Shown here piece after piece: positions 39,017 to 49,813 of a stretch of DNA of 64,000 nucleotides. Source of the DNA: an uncultured delta proteobacterium (GTDB lineage Bacteria; Myxococcota_A; UBA9160; SZUA-336); the NCBI GenBank assembly GCA_963704165.1, contig CAVPHD010000001.1, forward strand, positions 637,072 through 701,071, written 5' to 3'. The position numbers were made by a program, and so were the translations under genes. The notes under the pieces were generated by a model, which saw only the letters and a program-made list of their open reading frames with translations, was not told the DNA's origin and did no database searches. The number at the start of each line of letters is the position of its first letter. The stretch's first letter is position 1.

Positions 39017-40474
39017 CTACGACGCCACGTCGAACTCGTCGAGCTTGGGGCGGCGCGTCTTCCACCAGTACTTGACCGTGAAGCTCGACCAGTTGTTGGT
39101 GACCTTCCCCGATGCCGTCTTGTACCAGCTCTTGCAACCCGCGGCCCACGCCGTGTGCGAGAGGTCGCGCTGCAGCTCCGCGTTGGAGCGCTCCTGCACG
39201 TCGGGCTTCACGTCGAGGTACCGCAGGCCGCGCTTCGCCAGCGTCTGGATGCAGCGAAGCGCGTAGTGAACCTGCGCCTCGATCATGAAGATGATCGAGT
39301 TGTGGCCGAGGTTCGTGTTCGGTCCGTACATCATGAAGAAGTTCGGGAAGCCCGAGACGCAGAGCCCGAGGTGCGCTTCGGCGCCCTGCTCCCAGACTTC
39401 GGCGAGCTTCCTCCCGGATCGACCCTCGATCTCGATCGGTGCGAGGAACGTCGTGGTCTCGAATCCCGTCGCGAGAACGATCACGTCGGCCGGGTGCGTG
39501 TGGCCGTCCTTCGTCTCGATCGCATTTCGCGTGATGCGCGCGATCTCGCTGGTCTCGACCGAGACGTTCGGCCGGGCCAGCGCCGGGTAGAAGTCGTCGT
39601 CGATCAGGATGCGCTTGCAGCCGACGCGGTAGTCGGGCGTGAGAATCGCGCGGAGCTTCGGGTCGGGAATCGCCGTCTCGAGCCAACCGCGAGCGGCCGT
39701 CTCGAAGGTGCGGGCGATCCGGCCCTCGCTGCCGAACGCGAGGAAGTTCTTCTCGAGCTGCCAGTAGAAGTACCAGCGGTACACGCGAAGCAGAAGCGGG
39801 AAGGCGCGGAAGATCCGCTTCGCGCGCTCGCTGTACGCGTAGTCGCCGCGCGGCACGATCCAGTTCGCCGAGCGCTGGTAGATGGCGACGTGCCTGGCGG
39901 TCTTCGCGACCGGCGGAATGAACTGGATCGCGCTCGCGCCGTTCCCGATCACCGCGACGTTCTTGCCCGCGAGATCGTGTTGGTGCTGCCAGCGCGCGGA
40001 GTGGAACGACACGCCCCCGAAGTCGGAGAGCCCTGGCAGGTCGGGAACGTGCGGGCGGTTCAGCTGGCCGACGCCGCTCACCAGCACGTTCGCGCCGACC
40101 TCTTCCCCGTCGGTCGTGCGGACGCGCCACATCCCGGCGCGTTCGTCGAACTTCGCGCTCGCGACCTCGCGACCGAAACGGATGTGCGGAAGCAGCCGGT
40201 ACTTCTCGGCGCAGCGCTCGAGATAGCGCTGGATCTCGGCCTGGCCCGAGAACTTCCGGCTCCAGTCGGGGTTCGGCTCGAACGAGTAACAGTAGAAGTG
40301 CGAAGGGACGTCGCAAGCTGCGCCCGGATACTGGTTGTCGTACCAGGTGCCGCCGACCTTGTCGGACTTCTCGAGGATGGTGAACGACGAGATCCCCGCC
40401 TTCAGCAGCTGGATGCCCATACACAGACCGGAGACACCCGCGCCCAGGATCACGACCGTCGGGGACTTGGACAT
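39017..40474 (-). CDS. Flavin-containing (Baeyer-Villiger type) monooxygenase
   Basis: GAGVSG, GGTWYDNQYPG..CD, FHSARW, GNGASAIQ, ATGF. Confidence 0.92.
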   Translation of the reverse strand: MSKSPTVVILGAGVSGLCMGIQLLKAGISSFTILEKSDKVGGTWYDNQYPGAACDVPSHFYCYSFEPNPDWSRKFSGQAEIQRYLERCAEKYRLLPHIRFGREVASAKFDERAGMWRVRTTDGEEVGANVLVSGVGQLNRPHVPDLPGLSDFGGVSFHSARWQHQHDLAGKNVAVIGNGASAIQFIPPVAKTARHVAIYQRSANWIVPRGDYAYSERAKRIFRAFPLLLRVYRWYFYWQLEKNFLAFGSEGRIARTFETAARGWLETAIPDPKLRAILTPDYRVGCKRILIDDDFYPALARPNVSVETSEIARITRNAIETKDGHTHPADVIVLATGFETTTFLAPIEIEGRSGRKLAEVWEQGAEAHLGLCVSGFPNFFMMYGPNTNLGHNSIIFMIEAQVHYALRCIQTLAKRGLRYLDVKPDVQERSNAELQRDLSHTAWAAGCKSWYKTASGKVTNNWSSFTVKYWWKTRRPKLDEFDVAS

Positions 40475-40974
40475 CAGCGCTTCTCCTCGCGGTTCGGCTC
40501 CGTCGTCGAGTATGCCACGGAAGGGATCGTGCGCCCGCGAGAAGCGAGCGCGTCGGCGACGCGACGCACGAAATCGGCGTGGGTTTCGCGCGCGAATCGC
40601 GGCGCCAGCGCCCAGTCGTGCAGCCAGACCGGCGCGCGTCGCGTGGCCTCGGGCTCGGATTCCCGCCGCGGGAAGAGATGCGCGTGCAGGGCGCGCTCCG
40701 AGTTGCCGAGGATCTCGTAGTTGATCCGCGCGGCCCCGGTCACCTCGAGAAGCGCGTCGCCGAGCGCGGCCATGTCGTCGAGGAACTCGAGCCGCGAGCG
40801 GCCTTCGAGCGCGTTCAGATCGGTGACCACGGGGTCGGGCACGAGCAGGCAGTATCCGGCGACGACCTGCTGCTCCCCGACGAGTGCCCAGCCGGAACGC
40901 ACCCGCGCGACGACGGCGGGGTTCGCGCCCGCGCGCGCGGCTTCGACCCAACGGTGGATCTGTGTTTCGGCCAT
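40474..40974 (-). CDS. HIT family protein
   Basis: GYCLL, RINYEILGN, LHAHLFPR. Confidence 0.85.
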   Translation of the reverse strand: MAETQIHRWVEAARAGANPAVVARVRSGWALVGEQQVVAGYCLLVPDPVVTDLNALEGRSRLEFLDDMAALGDALLEVTGAARINYEILGNSERALHAHLFPRRESEPEATRRAPVWLHDWALAPRFARETHADFVRRVADALASRGRTIPSVAYSTTEPNREEKR

Positions 40975-41038
40975 GCGCGCGAATGATCGCACGAAGTGGC
41001 ATGCTGACAGGGAAGCGTTTTCGAACGGAGGCGGGAAC

Positions 41039-41932
41039 ATGCCGCTCGAGCACCTCGATGCGTCCAGCAGCGGCGAGAAGGTCGCCGAGGTCCTCGCTCG
41101 CGACGGCGCCTGCGTGGTCGATCGGGTGCTCGATGCACGGATCCTCGCGAAGCTGCGCTCCGAGCTCGCGCCGTATCTCGACGCGACCGCGACCGGAACC
41201 GACGAGTTCAGCGGCCGACGCACACGGCGCACCGGCGGTCTGGTCGCGCGCTCGCAGACCGCGCGCGAGATCGTGCAGCACCCGCTCATCCTCGACACCG
41301 TGAAGGCGACACTCGTCGGCGCCACGGGCTTCCACCTGCACCTGACGCAGGTGATCGCGATCGGCGCCGGCGAGCCCGCGCAGATGATCCACCGCGACCA
41401 GTGGGCGTTCGATTTCTTCCCGTTCCCGAAGGGCTACGAAGCCCAGTGCAACACGATCTGGGCGCTCTCCGATTTCACCGAGGAGAACGGCGCGACGCGC
41501 GTGATTCCGGGAAGTCACCGCTTCGACGATGGACTGAAGTTCCAGCCGAGCGACACGGAGCCCGCGGAGATGTCGGCCGGATCCGTGCTCGTCTACACGG
41601 GATCCATCTACCACGGCGGCGGCGCGAACCGCTCCGACGCGACGCGCTACGGGCTCAACATCACGTACGCGCGCTCCTGGCTGCGCCAGGAGGAGAACCA
41701 GTATCTGTCGGTGCCGCACGAGATCGCGCGCGAGCTGCCCGAGAAGCTTCTGCGTCTGATCGGCTACGCGCGCGGCGCGTACGCGCTCGGCTATGTCGAC
41801 GATCTTCGCGATCCGCTCGAGGTGCTGCGTCCCGGGTCCGCGTCGTCCGGTCTCGGTGACCTCTCCGCCACCCGCGGAGCGGCGGATGCGCAGGCCAGGG
41901 TCCTCGACGCGCCCGAGAAGCGACGTTCGTAG
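41039..41932 (+). CDS. Phytanoyl-CoA dioxygenase family protein
   Basis: QMIHRD, DFTEENGATRVIPGSH, HGGGAN, WLRQEEN. Confidence 0.92.
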   Translation: MPLEHLDASSSGEKVAEVLARDGACVVDRVLDARILAKLRSELAPYLDATATGTDEFSGRRTRRTGGLVARSQTAREIVQHPLILDTVKATLVGATGFHLHLTQVIAIGAGEPAQMIHRDQWAFDFFPFPKGYEAQCNTIWALSDFTEENGATRVIPGSHRFDDGLKFQPSDTEPAEMSAGSVLVYTGSIYHGGGANRSDATRYGLNITYARSWLRQEENQYLSVPHEIARELPEKLLRLIGYARGAYALGYVDDLRDPLEVLRPGSASSGLGDLSATRGAADAQARVLDAPEKRRS

Positions 41933-41943
41933 GTTCGCCGCGC

Positions 41944-43431
41944 GTGGGAATCGAGATCGATCGCGACGAGTTCGAGCCGGCCGAGTTCGCGCGCTTCGAC
42001 GCGCGCCTCGCGCGCTGCCTCGCCGCGCTCGAGACCCTGCTCGCACGACCGGGCTTCGGCACGGGCGAGCCGTCGCTGGGCGCGGAGCTCGAGGTCACGC
42101 TCGTCGATGCGCAGGGCCGCCCGCTGCCGCTCAACCACGAGGTCCTGGATCGGACGCTCGACCCGCGCATGACCTACGAGCTCGACCGCTTCAACCTGGA
42201 GTGCAACCTGCGCCACACGCGGTTGGCGGGAAATCCGTTCGCGCACCTGCGAAGCGAGTTCGCGAGCGCGCACCGCGAGCTCTCGCGCGCCGCGTCCGCC
42301 GTCGGCGGGCGCATCGCCATGATCGGCATCCTGCCGACGCTCGAGGAGTCGGACCTCGAGCCCGGCGCGATGACGGAGTCCGCGCGATTCCGCGCGCTCT
42401 CCCGCGCGCTGCGCACCGCGCGTCACGGCGCGTTCCGTCTCCACATCGACGGTGACGATCCGCTTCGACTCGACTGCGAGGACGTCACCTTCGAGGGCGC
42501 CGCGACCTCGTTTCAGGTTCACCTTCGCGTCGATCCGCACCGGTTCGCGAGCGTCTTCAACGCCGCGCAGCTGGTCACCGCCCCGGTTCTCGCCGCTGCG
42601 GGAAACTCGCCGATCTTCCTCGCGCATCGGCTCTGGGCCGAGACGCGCGTCGCGCTCTTCAAGCAGTCGGTCGACGCGCGGCTCGACGCGGAACGCCAGG
42701 GTCGCCGCGAGCCCCGCGTCAGCTTCGGCAGTGACTGGAACCACGGCGGCGCGCTCGAGCTCTTCAAGGAGGCGGTGGCTCGATTCCCGGCGCTGCTGCC
42801 GATGCTCGGCGACGACGATCCCGACGCGAGCCTGCGCGAGGGCCGCGTCCCGAAGCTCGAAGAGATGCGCCTGCACCAGGGCACCGTCTGGCGCTGGAAC
42901 CGGCCGGTCTACGATCCGCACGACGGCGGTCACCTGCGCATCGAGATGCGCGCGCTGCCCTCGGGTCCGGGCATCGAGGACATGCTGGCCAACGCGGCGT
43001 TCCTGGTCGGCGCGACGCTGGGACTCGCTCCGCAGATGCACGCGGTGGTGCGCGAGTTCGACTTCGCACTCGCGCACGCGAACTTCTACCGCGCCGCGCA
43101 GCTCGGTCTCTCGGCCGAGCTCTACTGGCCGCGCAGTCTCGGTGGCAGCGACGCGCCGATGTCCGCGCACGCGCTGCTTCCCAAACTTCGCGACACCGCA
43201 TTGCGTGGGCTGCTCGACGCGGGCGTCGCGGCGGACGAGGCGACGCCGCTGATCGATCTCTTCACCGAACGCGTGCGGCGGCGCCGGACCGGAGCGAGCT
43301 GGCAGCGCGAGACGCTCGAAGCGCTCGAATCGCGTGGCCGGACCCGACGCGAGGCGCTCGTCGAAATGCTGGAGCGCTATCTCGAACTCTCACGAGCGGA
43401 TGCGCCCGTCCACGCCTGGCCCGTGCCCTGA
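41944..43431 (+). CDS. Glutamate--cysteine ligase family 2 (GCS2) protein
   Basis: LGAELE, ELDRFNLE, GILPTL, SFQVHL, GTVWRWNRPVY, HLRIEMRALP. Confidence 0.88.
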   Translation: MGIEIDRDEFEPAEFARFDARLARCLAALETLLARPGFGTGEPSLGAELEVTLVDAQGRPLPLNHEVLDRTLDPRMTYELDRFNLECNLRHTRLAGNPFAHLRSEFASAHRELSRAASAVGGRIAMIGILPTLEESDLEPGAMTESARFRALSRALRTARHGAFRLHIDGDDPLRLDCEDVTFEGAATSFQVHLRVDPHRFASVFNAAQLVTAPVLAAAGNSPIFLAHRLWAETRVALFKQSVDARLDAERQGRREPRVSFGSDWNHGGALELFKEAVARFPALLPMLGDDDPDASLREGRVPKLEEMRLHQGTVWRWNRPVYDPHDGGHLRIEMRALPSGPGIEDMLANAAFLVGATLGLAPQMHAVVREFDFALAHANFYRAAQLGLSAELYWPRSLGGSDAPMSAHALLPKLRDTALRGLLDAGVAADEATPLIDLFTERVRRRRTGASWQRETLEALESRGRTRREALVEMLERYLELSRADAPVHAWPVP

Positions 43432-44473
43432 TGCCGCCCGACGCGACGCTCGCGCTGCGCGAACTGCGCATCGGAGAGGATCTGCTACCCGGCGCGCTTC
43501 CCGACGACGCGCTGGAGTTCCTGCGCCGGCTCGAAGGCCCGTGCCTGCTGCGGCTGGCCGGCCGCGATCGCACGCGCTGCCGCGTGGTCACCACGCTTCT
43601 GCACGGCAACGAGCCTTCGGGTCTTCGCGCGGTTCTGCGCTATCTGCGCGCGGGGCACGTTCCGGCGGTGGACGCGGTCTTCTTCGTCGGCGCGGTCGGG
43701 ACCGCGCTGGCCGAGCCCGGCTTCGCTCATCGCGCGCTGCCCGGCGCGCGCGACCTCAACCGCTGCTGGCGTGCGCCCTGGGACGGACCCGAGGGCGCGC
43801 TCGCCCGCCGGGTGCTGGAGCGGGTGTTCTCCGCCCACCCCGAATGCCTCGTCGACCTGCACAACAACACCGGACACAATCCGGTGTACGGCGTGGCGTT
43901 CCGCATCGGTCACGCCGAGCTCTCGCTCGTCTCGCTCTTCGGCGAACGCATCGTGCACACGCCGATCGAGCTCGGCACGCTGGTCGAGGCGACGATCGAG
44001 AGCTTCCCCAGCGTCTGCATCGAGTGCGGGCGTGCGGGCGACCCCGCCGCGGACGAGGCCGCCTGGCTCGGACTCCGCCGCTACCTGGACTGGGACCAGA
44101 TCGACTTCGCGAAGCCGCTCGTGCCGATCACCCGCTTCGAGTCACCCGTGCGGATCGAAGTCCGCGAGGGGGTACGGCTCGCGTTCGGCGAGTCGATGGA
44201 CCCCGGCGCGGAGGTCACGATCAATCACGACATCGACCGCCACAACTTCGAGCAGCTCCCCGCCGGAACACCTTTCGGCTGGCTGCGCGACGGCACCGCC
44301 TGGCCCTTCGAGGCGCGCGCGCCCGACGGCGCGCGACGTCTCGCGCGAGCTGCTCTTCGTCGAGAGACGGCGTGCTGCGCGCCGGCCGCTCCTTCGTCCC
44401 GATCATGATGACCACCGACCGCCGCATCGCCCTGTCCGACTGCCTCTTCTACGCAGTGCAACCGGCCGCATAG
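43431..44473 (+). CDS. Succinylglutamate desuccinylase/aspartoacylase-like (M14) protein, frameshifted near 44330
   Basis: LLHGNEPSG, DLNR, DLHNNTG, IECG; the C-terminal MMTTD..IALSDCLFY is in another frame. Confidence 0.85.
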
Positions 44474-44706
44474 AAGGCGAGCGCGACGGCGAGGCCGCTC
44501 AGGATCGCGATCGCCCCGCGGAGCTGGTGGCGCAGCCGGAACCGCACCATCTCGAGCGGAAGGTCCCTGACTTGATCCGGCGGCATGTCCTCGAACAGGC
44601 GGTGACCGCCGTTCCTCCCCACGGTGAAGTGGACGATCAAGGCGGGAACGAAGACCGCCAGAAGCAGTGCCACCAGGACCGCGCCCACCGACCAGTCTCC
44701 CGTCAT
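44449..44706 (-). CDS. Small two-TM hypothetical protein
   Basis: 85-aa ORF with two hydrophobic helices. Confidence 0.55.
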   Translation of the reverse strand: MTGDWSVGAVLVALLLAVFVPALIVHFTVGRNGGHRLFEDMPPDQVRDLPLEMVRFRLRHQLRGAIAILSGLAVALAFYAAGCTA

Positions 44707-44784
44707 GGAAGTCGTATCGGCATCGAGAGGCGGGACTTGGCGTGGCCTTTGCGATCAGCCTTCCGTCCCTTCGCGCCCTGCCAT

Positions 44785-45486
44785 TCACTCTCTCGGCACC
44801 GGCCGCTCGCCCGCGCGCGTCGCGCCGATGACGATCGCGTCGGCGATGGCCGCGATCGCGATGTCGAGGGATTCGAGCGTGGCGCGGCCGTCGCTGTCGG
44901 TCCACTCGCGGAAGGGGCGGGGGTGGGTCTCGTGCTCGACGGCGCGCCATGCGGTGCGGGCTTTGCGCGGGTCCTCGCCGGCGGTCTCGACGCGCGCGGC
45001 GGCGGTGATGCGCAGCGCGACGGCTCCCTCGTCGTGCAGCGTGACTTCGACGGCGTGCAGGCGTATGGCGAGCAGCGTGTCGGCGCGATCCACCGTCGGC
45101 ATGATGCTGCGGCGGCGCGCGAGCCGGCTGGTCACGACCTCGGCGAAGCGCGTCTGAAGCTCGCGCTCCTCGACGAGCGGAGCGAGCGCCTCGTTCAGCC
45201 GCGGGACGGCCGCGGCGGGCGAATCGGCCGACGCCAGGACGGGGACGATCGCGCGGCAGATCGGCCGTGCGAACTCCGCGTTGCCGCGGTTCCCCTCGAG
45301 ACACGTCGCGACGTCGGGCGCGCGCGCGTCAGGGCCTTCGGTGAGTCCGGCACCGGGCGCGGAGCGGATCTCGACCGCGACGCGCTCCTGGGGCTCGATG
45401 CGGCTCTTCGGCGCGACGACCGCGCAGCCGAGCACGAGCGCGCCCGCGGCGGCGATGGCGAAGAACGCGATCGGCCGCGCGTGCAT
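44785..45486 (-). CDS. Hypothetical lipoprotein
   Basis: Signal peptide with VLGC lipobox. Confidence 0.6.
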   Translation of the reverse strand: MHARPIAFFAIAAAGALVLGCAVVAPKSRIEPQERVAVEIRSAPGAGLTEGPDARAPDVATCLEGNRGNAEFARPICRAIVPVLASADSPAAAVPRLNEALAPLVEERELQTRFAEVVTSRLARRRSIMPTVDRADTLLAIRLHAVEVTLHDEGAVALRITAAARVETAGEDPRKARTAWRAVEHETHPRPFREWTDSDGRATLESLDIAIAAIADAIVIGATRAGERPVPRE

Positions 45487-45489
45487 GGG

Positions 45490-46228
45490 CTACGGGTCCG
45501 CGTGCGCGAAGCGACCGCTCGACAGGAACTGCAGCGTCTGCTTCGCGACCTCGTCGGAGCGCATGATGAAGGTGTGCGCCTCGGCGACGGTGATGAAGTC
45601 GGTCATGCCCTCGAGGCGGGTGCTCGCGACGGCAACGGTGCCGTCGCTCGCGCCGTCGATCAGCGCCGCGCCGATCAGGTTTCGGCTCGTCGTGCCCGCG
45701 ATCACGCCGAGCTCGAAGTCGGCGGGGGGAAGCGCGTTGGGAAAGCTCGCCGGATCGGTGCCCAGGCGCGCGGCCGTCGAGCCGAGCAGGAAGCGCAGCA
45801 CGCTCGATCCGGCGACGACGTCGGCGAGCGGGCTGCCGTGATTCGGCGGCGCGAGCATCACGACGCGGCCGAGATTCACCGGCCGATGCGCCGCGACGTA
45901 CGCGCGCGTGACGATGCCGCCGAGTGAGTGCGTGACGAAGTGGAGCTTCGGGGCCTCGAGACAGCAGTCGCGAAGCAGCCGGTCGAGCTGCGAGACCAAC
46001 GCATCGGGTGACTGCGAACGCGAGAGCGTAGTCGAGGTTCACGACGCGGAAGCCGGCTGCCGAGACGGGCGCTTCGAGCGGCCGCATCGAGCGCTCGCCG
46101 CGGTACAGGCCGTGCAGCAGGACGACGATCTCGGCGTTCGCGCTCGCGAATCTCGGCGCGAGCAGCGTGGCGCAGAGAACCGCGACGGCCGCTCCGATGC
46201 GCCGATTCCCGCCTCTGCCGTCGCTCAC
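45490..46228 (-). CDS. Secreted alpha/beta hydrolase (frameshift near 46030)
   Basis: VVLLHGL, THSLGG, LAPPNHGS, DGTV, HTF. Confidence 0.85.
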
Positions 46229-46281
46229 GAGCGGATCGTAGGGGGCGCGCGAAAGCGAGTCCAATCTGCGATGATCGCAAG

Positions 46282-47547
46282 ATGACGATCACCGACGGAA
46301 CCGACCTGATCGACCCGCAGCGCTACGCGAGCCACGGCTACCCGCACGAGATCTGGCAGCGGCTGCGCACGGAGTCACCCGTGCACTGGTGCGATCCGGC
46401 CGACAACGTGCCGTTCTGGGCGATCACGAAGCACGCCCACATCTCGGAAGTCTCGAAGCAGCCCGACGCGTTCCTGTCCGCGAAGGGAATCGTGCCGCCG
46501 ACGCGCGACGTCGCGGCGCGAATGGCGCGCGGCGAGAAGGGTCCGTTCGACATGATGCAGACCATCATCACGATGGACCCGCCCAAGCACCGCAAGTACC
46601 GCAAGGTCGCGAGCCCGTGGTTCACGCCGCAGGCGCTCTCGCGCGTGGACGAGGTCGTGACTTCGAGCGCGAAGCGGCTCGTCGACCGGCTCTACGAGGC
46701 GCAGCGCGGTGGCGAAGGCACGTGCGACTTCGTCACCGAGATCGCGGTGCAGCACCCGCTGCGCATCTTGTGCTCGATCCTCGGCGTTCCCGAAGCCGAC
46801 GAGCCGGTGATCCTGCGCCTGACCCAGCAGCTCTTCGCCGCCGACGATCCCGAGTTCAAGCGCTCGGAAGCGGACCGCAACGCGGCCTTCACCGCGCTCG
46901 GGCTCGAGTTCCTGCAGTACTTCGGAAAGATCATCGCGGACCGGCGCGCGAAGCCGAGCGACGATCTCGCCGGCGTGCTCGCCAACGCGCAGGTCGACGG
47001 CGCGCCGATGGGCGACATCGAGACGCTCGGCTACTACCTGATCACCTTCACGGCCGGCCACGACACCACGCGAAACGCCATCGCCGGCGGCATGCACGCG
47101 CTGATCGAGAACCCGGCCGAGCGCGCGAAGCTGCGCAGCGATCCGGCGGGGCGCGTGGCCGACGCGGTCGAGGAGATCGTGCGCTGGACGACGCCGGTCA
47201 ACTTCATGATGCGCACGGCGGCGCGCGACTACGAGCTCGGCGACGTGAAGCTCCGCAGCGGCGATCGCCTGATGCTCTTCTACGCCTCGGCGAACCGCGA
47301 CGAGGACGTCTTCCCCGACCCCTACACGTTCCGCATCGACCGCCACCCGAATCCGCACCTCGGCTTCGGCATCGGCGAGCACTTCTGCCTCGGCTCGCAC
47401 CTCGCGCGCCGCTCGCAGCGTGCGCTGTTCAGCGAGCTGGTCCGCCGGCTCGACGACGTCGAGATCGCGGGCCCCGTCGAGCGCCTGGCCGCGAGCTTCG
47501 TCGCCGGCATCAAGCACCTGCCGATCCGCTACCGGCTCACTGCATGA
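46282..47547 (+). CDS. Cytochrome P450
   Basis: AGHDTT, EEIVR, SANRDE, FGIGEHFCLG. Confidence 0.95.
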   Translation: MTITDGTDLIDPQRYASHGYPHEIWQRLRTESPVHWCDPADNVPFWAITKHAHISEVSKQPDAFLSAKGIVPPTRDVAARMARGEKGPFDMMQTIITMDPPKHRKYRKVASPWFTPQALSRVDEVVTSSAKRLVDRLYEAQRGGEGTCDFVTEIAVQHPLRILCSILGVPEADEPVILRLTQQLFAADDPEFKRSEADRNAAFTALGLEFLQYFGKIIADRRAKPSDDLAGVLANAQVDGAPMGDIETLGYYLITFTAGHDTTRNAIAGGMHALIENPAERAKLRSDPAGRVADAVEEIVRWTTPVNFMMRTAARDYELGDVKLRSGDRLMLFYASANRDEDVFPDPYTFRIDRHPNPHLGFGIGEHFCLGSHLARRSQRALFSELVRRLDDVEIAGPVERLAASFVAGIKHLPIRYRLTA

Positions 47548-48936
47548 CGATCCGCATCGTCGCGCTGGTGGTCCTGACCCTGGCGGCGACGGTGAAGGCG
47601 CAGACGGTCAGCGACCCGGAGCTCGTGGTCGAGCAGGTTCTGGCGCCCGGATCGCTCAGCCAGCCGACCACGCTCGCGTTCCTCGGCGCCGACGACTTCC
47701 TGGTGCTCGAGAAATCGACCGGCTCGGTGCGGCGGGTCGTCGGCGGGACGCTCTTGCCCGCGCCGGTGCTGACCGTCGCGGTGAACGCCGTGAGCGAGCG
47801 CGGACTGCTCGGGATCGCGATCAACACCGAGAACCCGCCGGCCGTCTTCCTGTACCTGACCGAGGCCGCGACACCGGGCGGTGCCGCGATCGCGAACCGC
47901 GTGTACCGGTACGTCTGGAACGACGCGACCGGAACGCTCGTCAGCCCGACGCTGATCCTCGATCTGCCGGTCACGACCGGGCCCGAACCACGATGGCGGC
48001 GTGCTGGTGCTCGGCACGCCCGGCGAGTTCCCCGGCGTCGGCGACGGTGCGGAGCTCTACGCGGTGATCGGCGATCTCAACCGAAGCGGTCAGCTGCAGA
48101 ACAACGCCGCGGGCGCCGCGCCCGACGACACCGGCGTGATCTTCCGCGTCCTGCAGGACGGCTCCGCGGCGCCGGGCAATCCCTTCGCGCCGTACTGCGG
48201 CGCGACGACGACGCAGACCTGCACGATCGACGCGAACTGTCCCGGCGGCCGAGACCTGCCGCACGCAGGTCGCGCGCTACTGGGCGTATGGAGTCCGCAA
48301 CAGCTTCGGGCTCGCGATCGATCCCGTGACCGGCGACCTCTGGGACACCGAGAACGGCCCCGGCGACGATGGACGAGGTCAACCGCGTGACGGCGGGATT
48401 CAACAGCGGCTGGACCGACCTGATGGGCCCCGACGCGCTCGACCCGCAGGGCGTCGCGGACCTCTTCCACATGCCGGGCGCGGGCATCACGTACGGCGAT
48501 CCCGAGTTCTCGTTCCTCGACACGAACGCCCCGACCGCGATCGTGTTTCCGAGTGGCAGCTCGCTCGGTCCCCACTACGACGACGTCGCGATCGTCGCCG
48601 ACAGCAACCTCGGCCAGCTCTACGCGCTGCCGCTCGATGCGCCGCGCACCGGCTTCGCGCTCGCCGGCGCGCTCGCCGACCGGGTCGCCGACACGCAGAC
48701 CGAGGCGAACGCGCTGCGCATCGGTCAGGGCTTCGGCTCGATCACCGATCTCGAGATCGCGCCCGACGGAGACCTGTACGTCGTCTGCGATCGCGGGCGG
48801 GACCGTGTACCGGATCTCCGGCCCGCTGCCCGCGGTGCCGACGCTTCCCGGTGTCGCAGAAATCGCCGTCGCCGCGCTGCTCGCCGCGGCCGCCATCTCT
48901 TCAGGCCGCGCCCGCCGCCGCCGATCCGGGGGCTGA
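47544..48936 (+). CDS. PQQ-dependent glucose/sorbosone dehydrogenase family surface protein (several frameshifts)
   Basis: Signal peptide, SERGLLGIA, HDGG, YGVRNSFG, TENGP..DEVN, ITDLEIAPDGDLY; C-terminal VPTL-TM-RRRR. Confidence 0.82.
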
Positions 48937-48953
48937 ACCGCGAGGAGCCCGCG

Positions 48954-49535
48954 TTGTCCAAAGTCCCGTCGATCAAGGCCACCGGTTTTCAGTCCGCGGG
49001 CGACGACCTGTGCAAGCTCGTCGAGACGGGCGTGATTCCGCGCGCCGAGCTCGAGGCCAAGCTCGAGCCGGGCGACCTGCGTTACCTGGACAAGCAGCTC
49101 GCGGCGAGCATGTGGGTGCCGATCGACACCTACCGCCGGGTCGTCGAGCTCCTGGTCGAGTACGAGGCCCCGGGCTCCGCCGAGGCGTACCTGCACGAGC
49201 GCGGCATGCGCGCCGGCGAACGCCTGCACAAGGCCGGACTCTACCGCCAGTTCGAGGCCTCGACCGAGGTCTGGGGCAATCGCGTCGGCAGCATCGCGAC
49301 CACCATGTCGGCGGTCATCTACAACTTCACGCGCTGGACCTTCGAGATGGCCGGGGACGAGCGCAGCTTCCGCATCATCGTCGACGACGCGGAGCACTTC
49401 CCCGAGATCTCGCGCTTCACCACCCAGGGCTTCATCGAGTACACCTCGCGCGCGGTCTCGGGCAACTTCGACCGCGTGAAGAGCGAGCGCGTCAAGCCCG
49501 GCCGGATCGTCTTCACGGGCACCCGCGCGAAGTAG
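48954..49535 (+). CDS. Hypothetical protein (weak DUF2378/V4R-like resemblance)
   Basis: GAGGAG RBS, TTG start; ASMWVPIDTY..., IYNFTRW; family not certain. Confidence 0.65.
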   Translation: MSKVPSIKATGFQSAGDDLCKLVETGVIPRAELEAKLEPGDLRYLDKQLAASMWVPIDTYRRVVELLVEYEAPGSAEAYLHERGMRAGERLHKAGLYRQFEASTEVWGNRVGSIATTMSAVIYNFTRWTFEMAGDERSFRIIVDDAEHFPEISRFTTQGFIEYTSRAVSGNFDRVKSERVKPGRIVFTGTRAK

Positions 49536-49813
49536 GCCGCGCGCGTCGCGCCACAGCGGGGTGTTCGAGATCAGCCGCTCGATGCCGCTCCGCTCGAAGT
49601 CGAGCTGCTGCATGATCTGGTAGAAGCCGCGGTCGAGCTCGCCGATCATGTCCGTGATCGGGCGCACGCCGATGCCCTTGCGCTTGGGCGCGCCGGGAGT
49701 CGTGTGCGCGCTCAGGTAGCAGTAGTCGGCGTGCTCGGCGAAGCTGGTCGAGGTCCTCTGGCCGCGGATCACGAACTCGTCGCCCGAGATGTCGGCGCGG
49801 GTGGCGAGGCCAG
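49536..49813 (-). pseudogene. Internal fragment of the 56866-58024 acyl-CoA dehydrogenase with two internal deletions
   Basis: [61 protein letters not shown], near-identical to about 57245-57610. Confidence 0.88.

Noticed and set aside
4091..48329. Many long Arg/Ala/Pro-rich alternative-frame ORFs (e.g. 4091-5725, 19676-21640, 31695-34010)
   Set aside because: Shadow ORFs overlapping well-supported genes, with no motifs
48369..49535. GSDH-hypothetical fusion ORF (388 aa)
   Set aside because: Created by a frameshift near 48790; the second gene has its own RBS and TTG start
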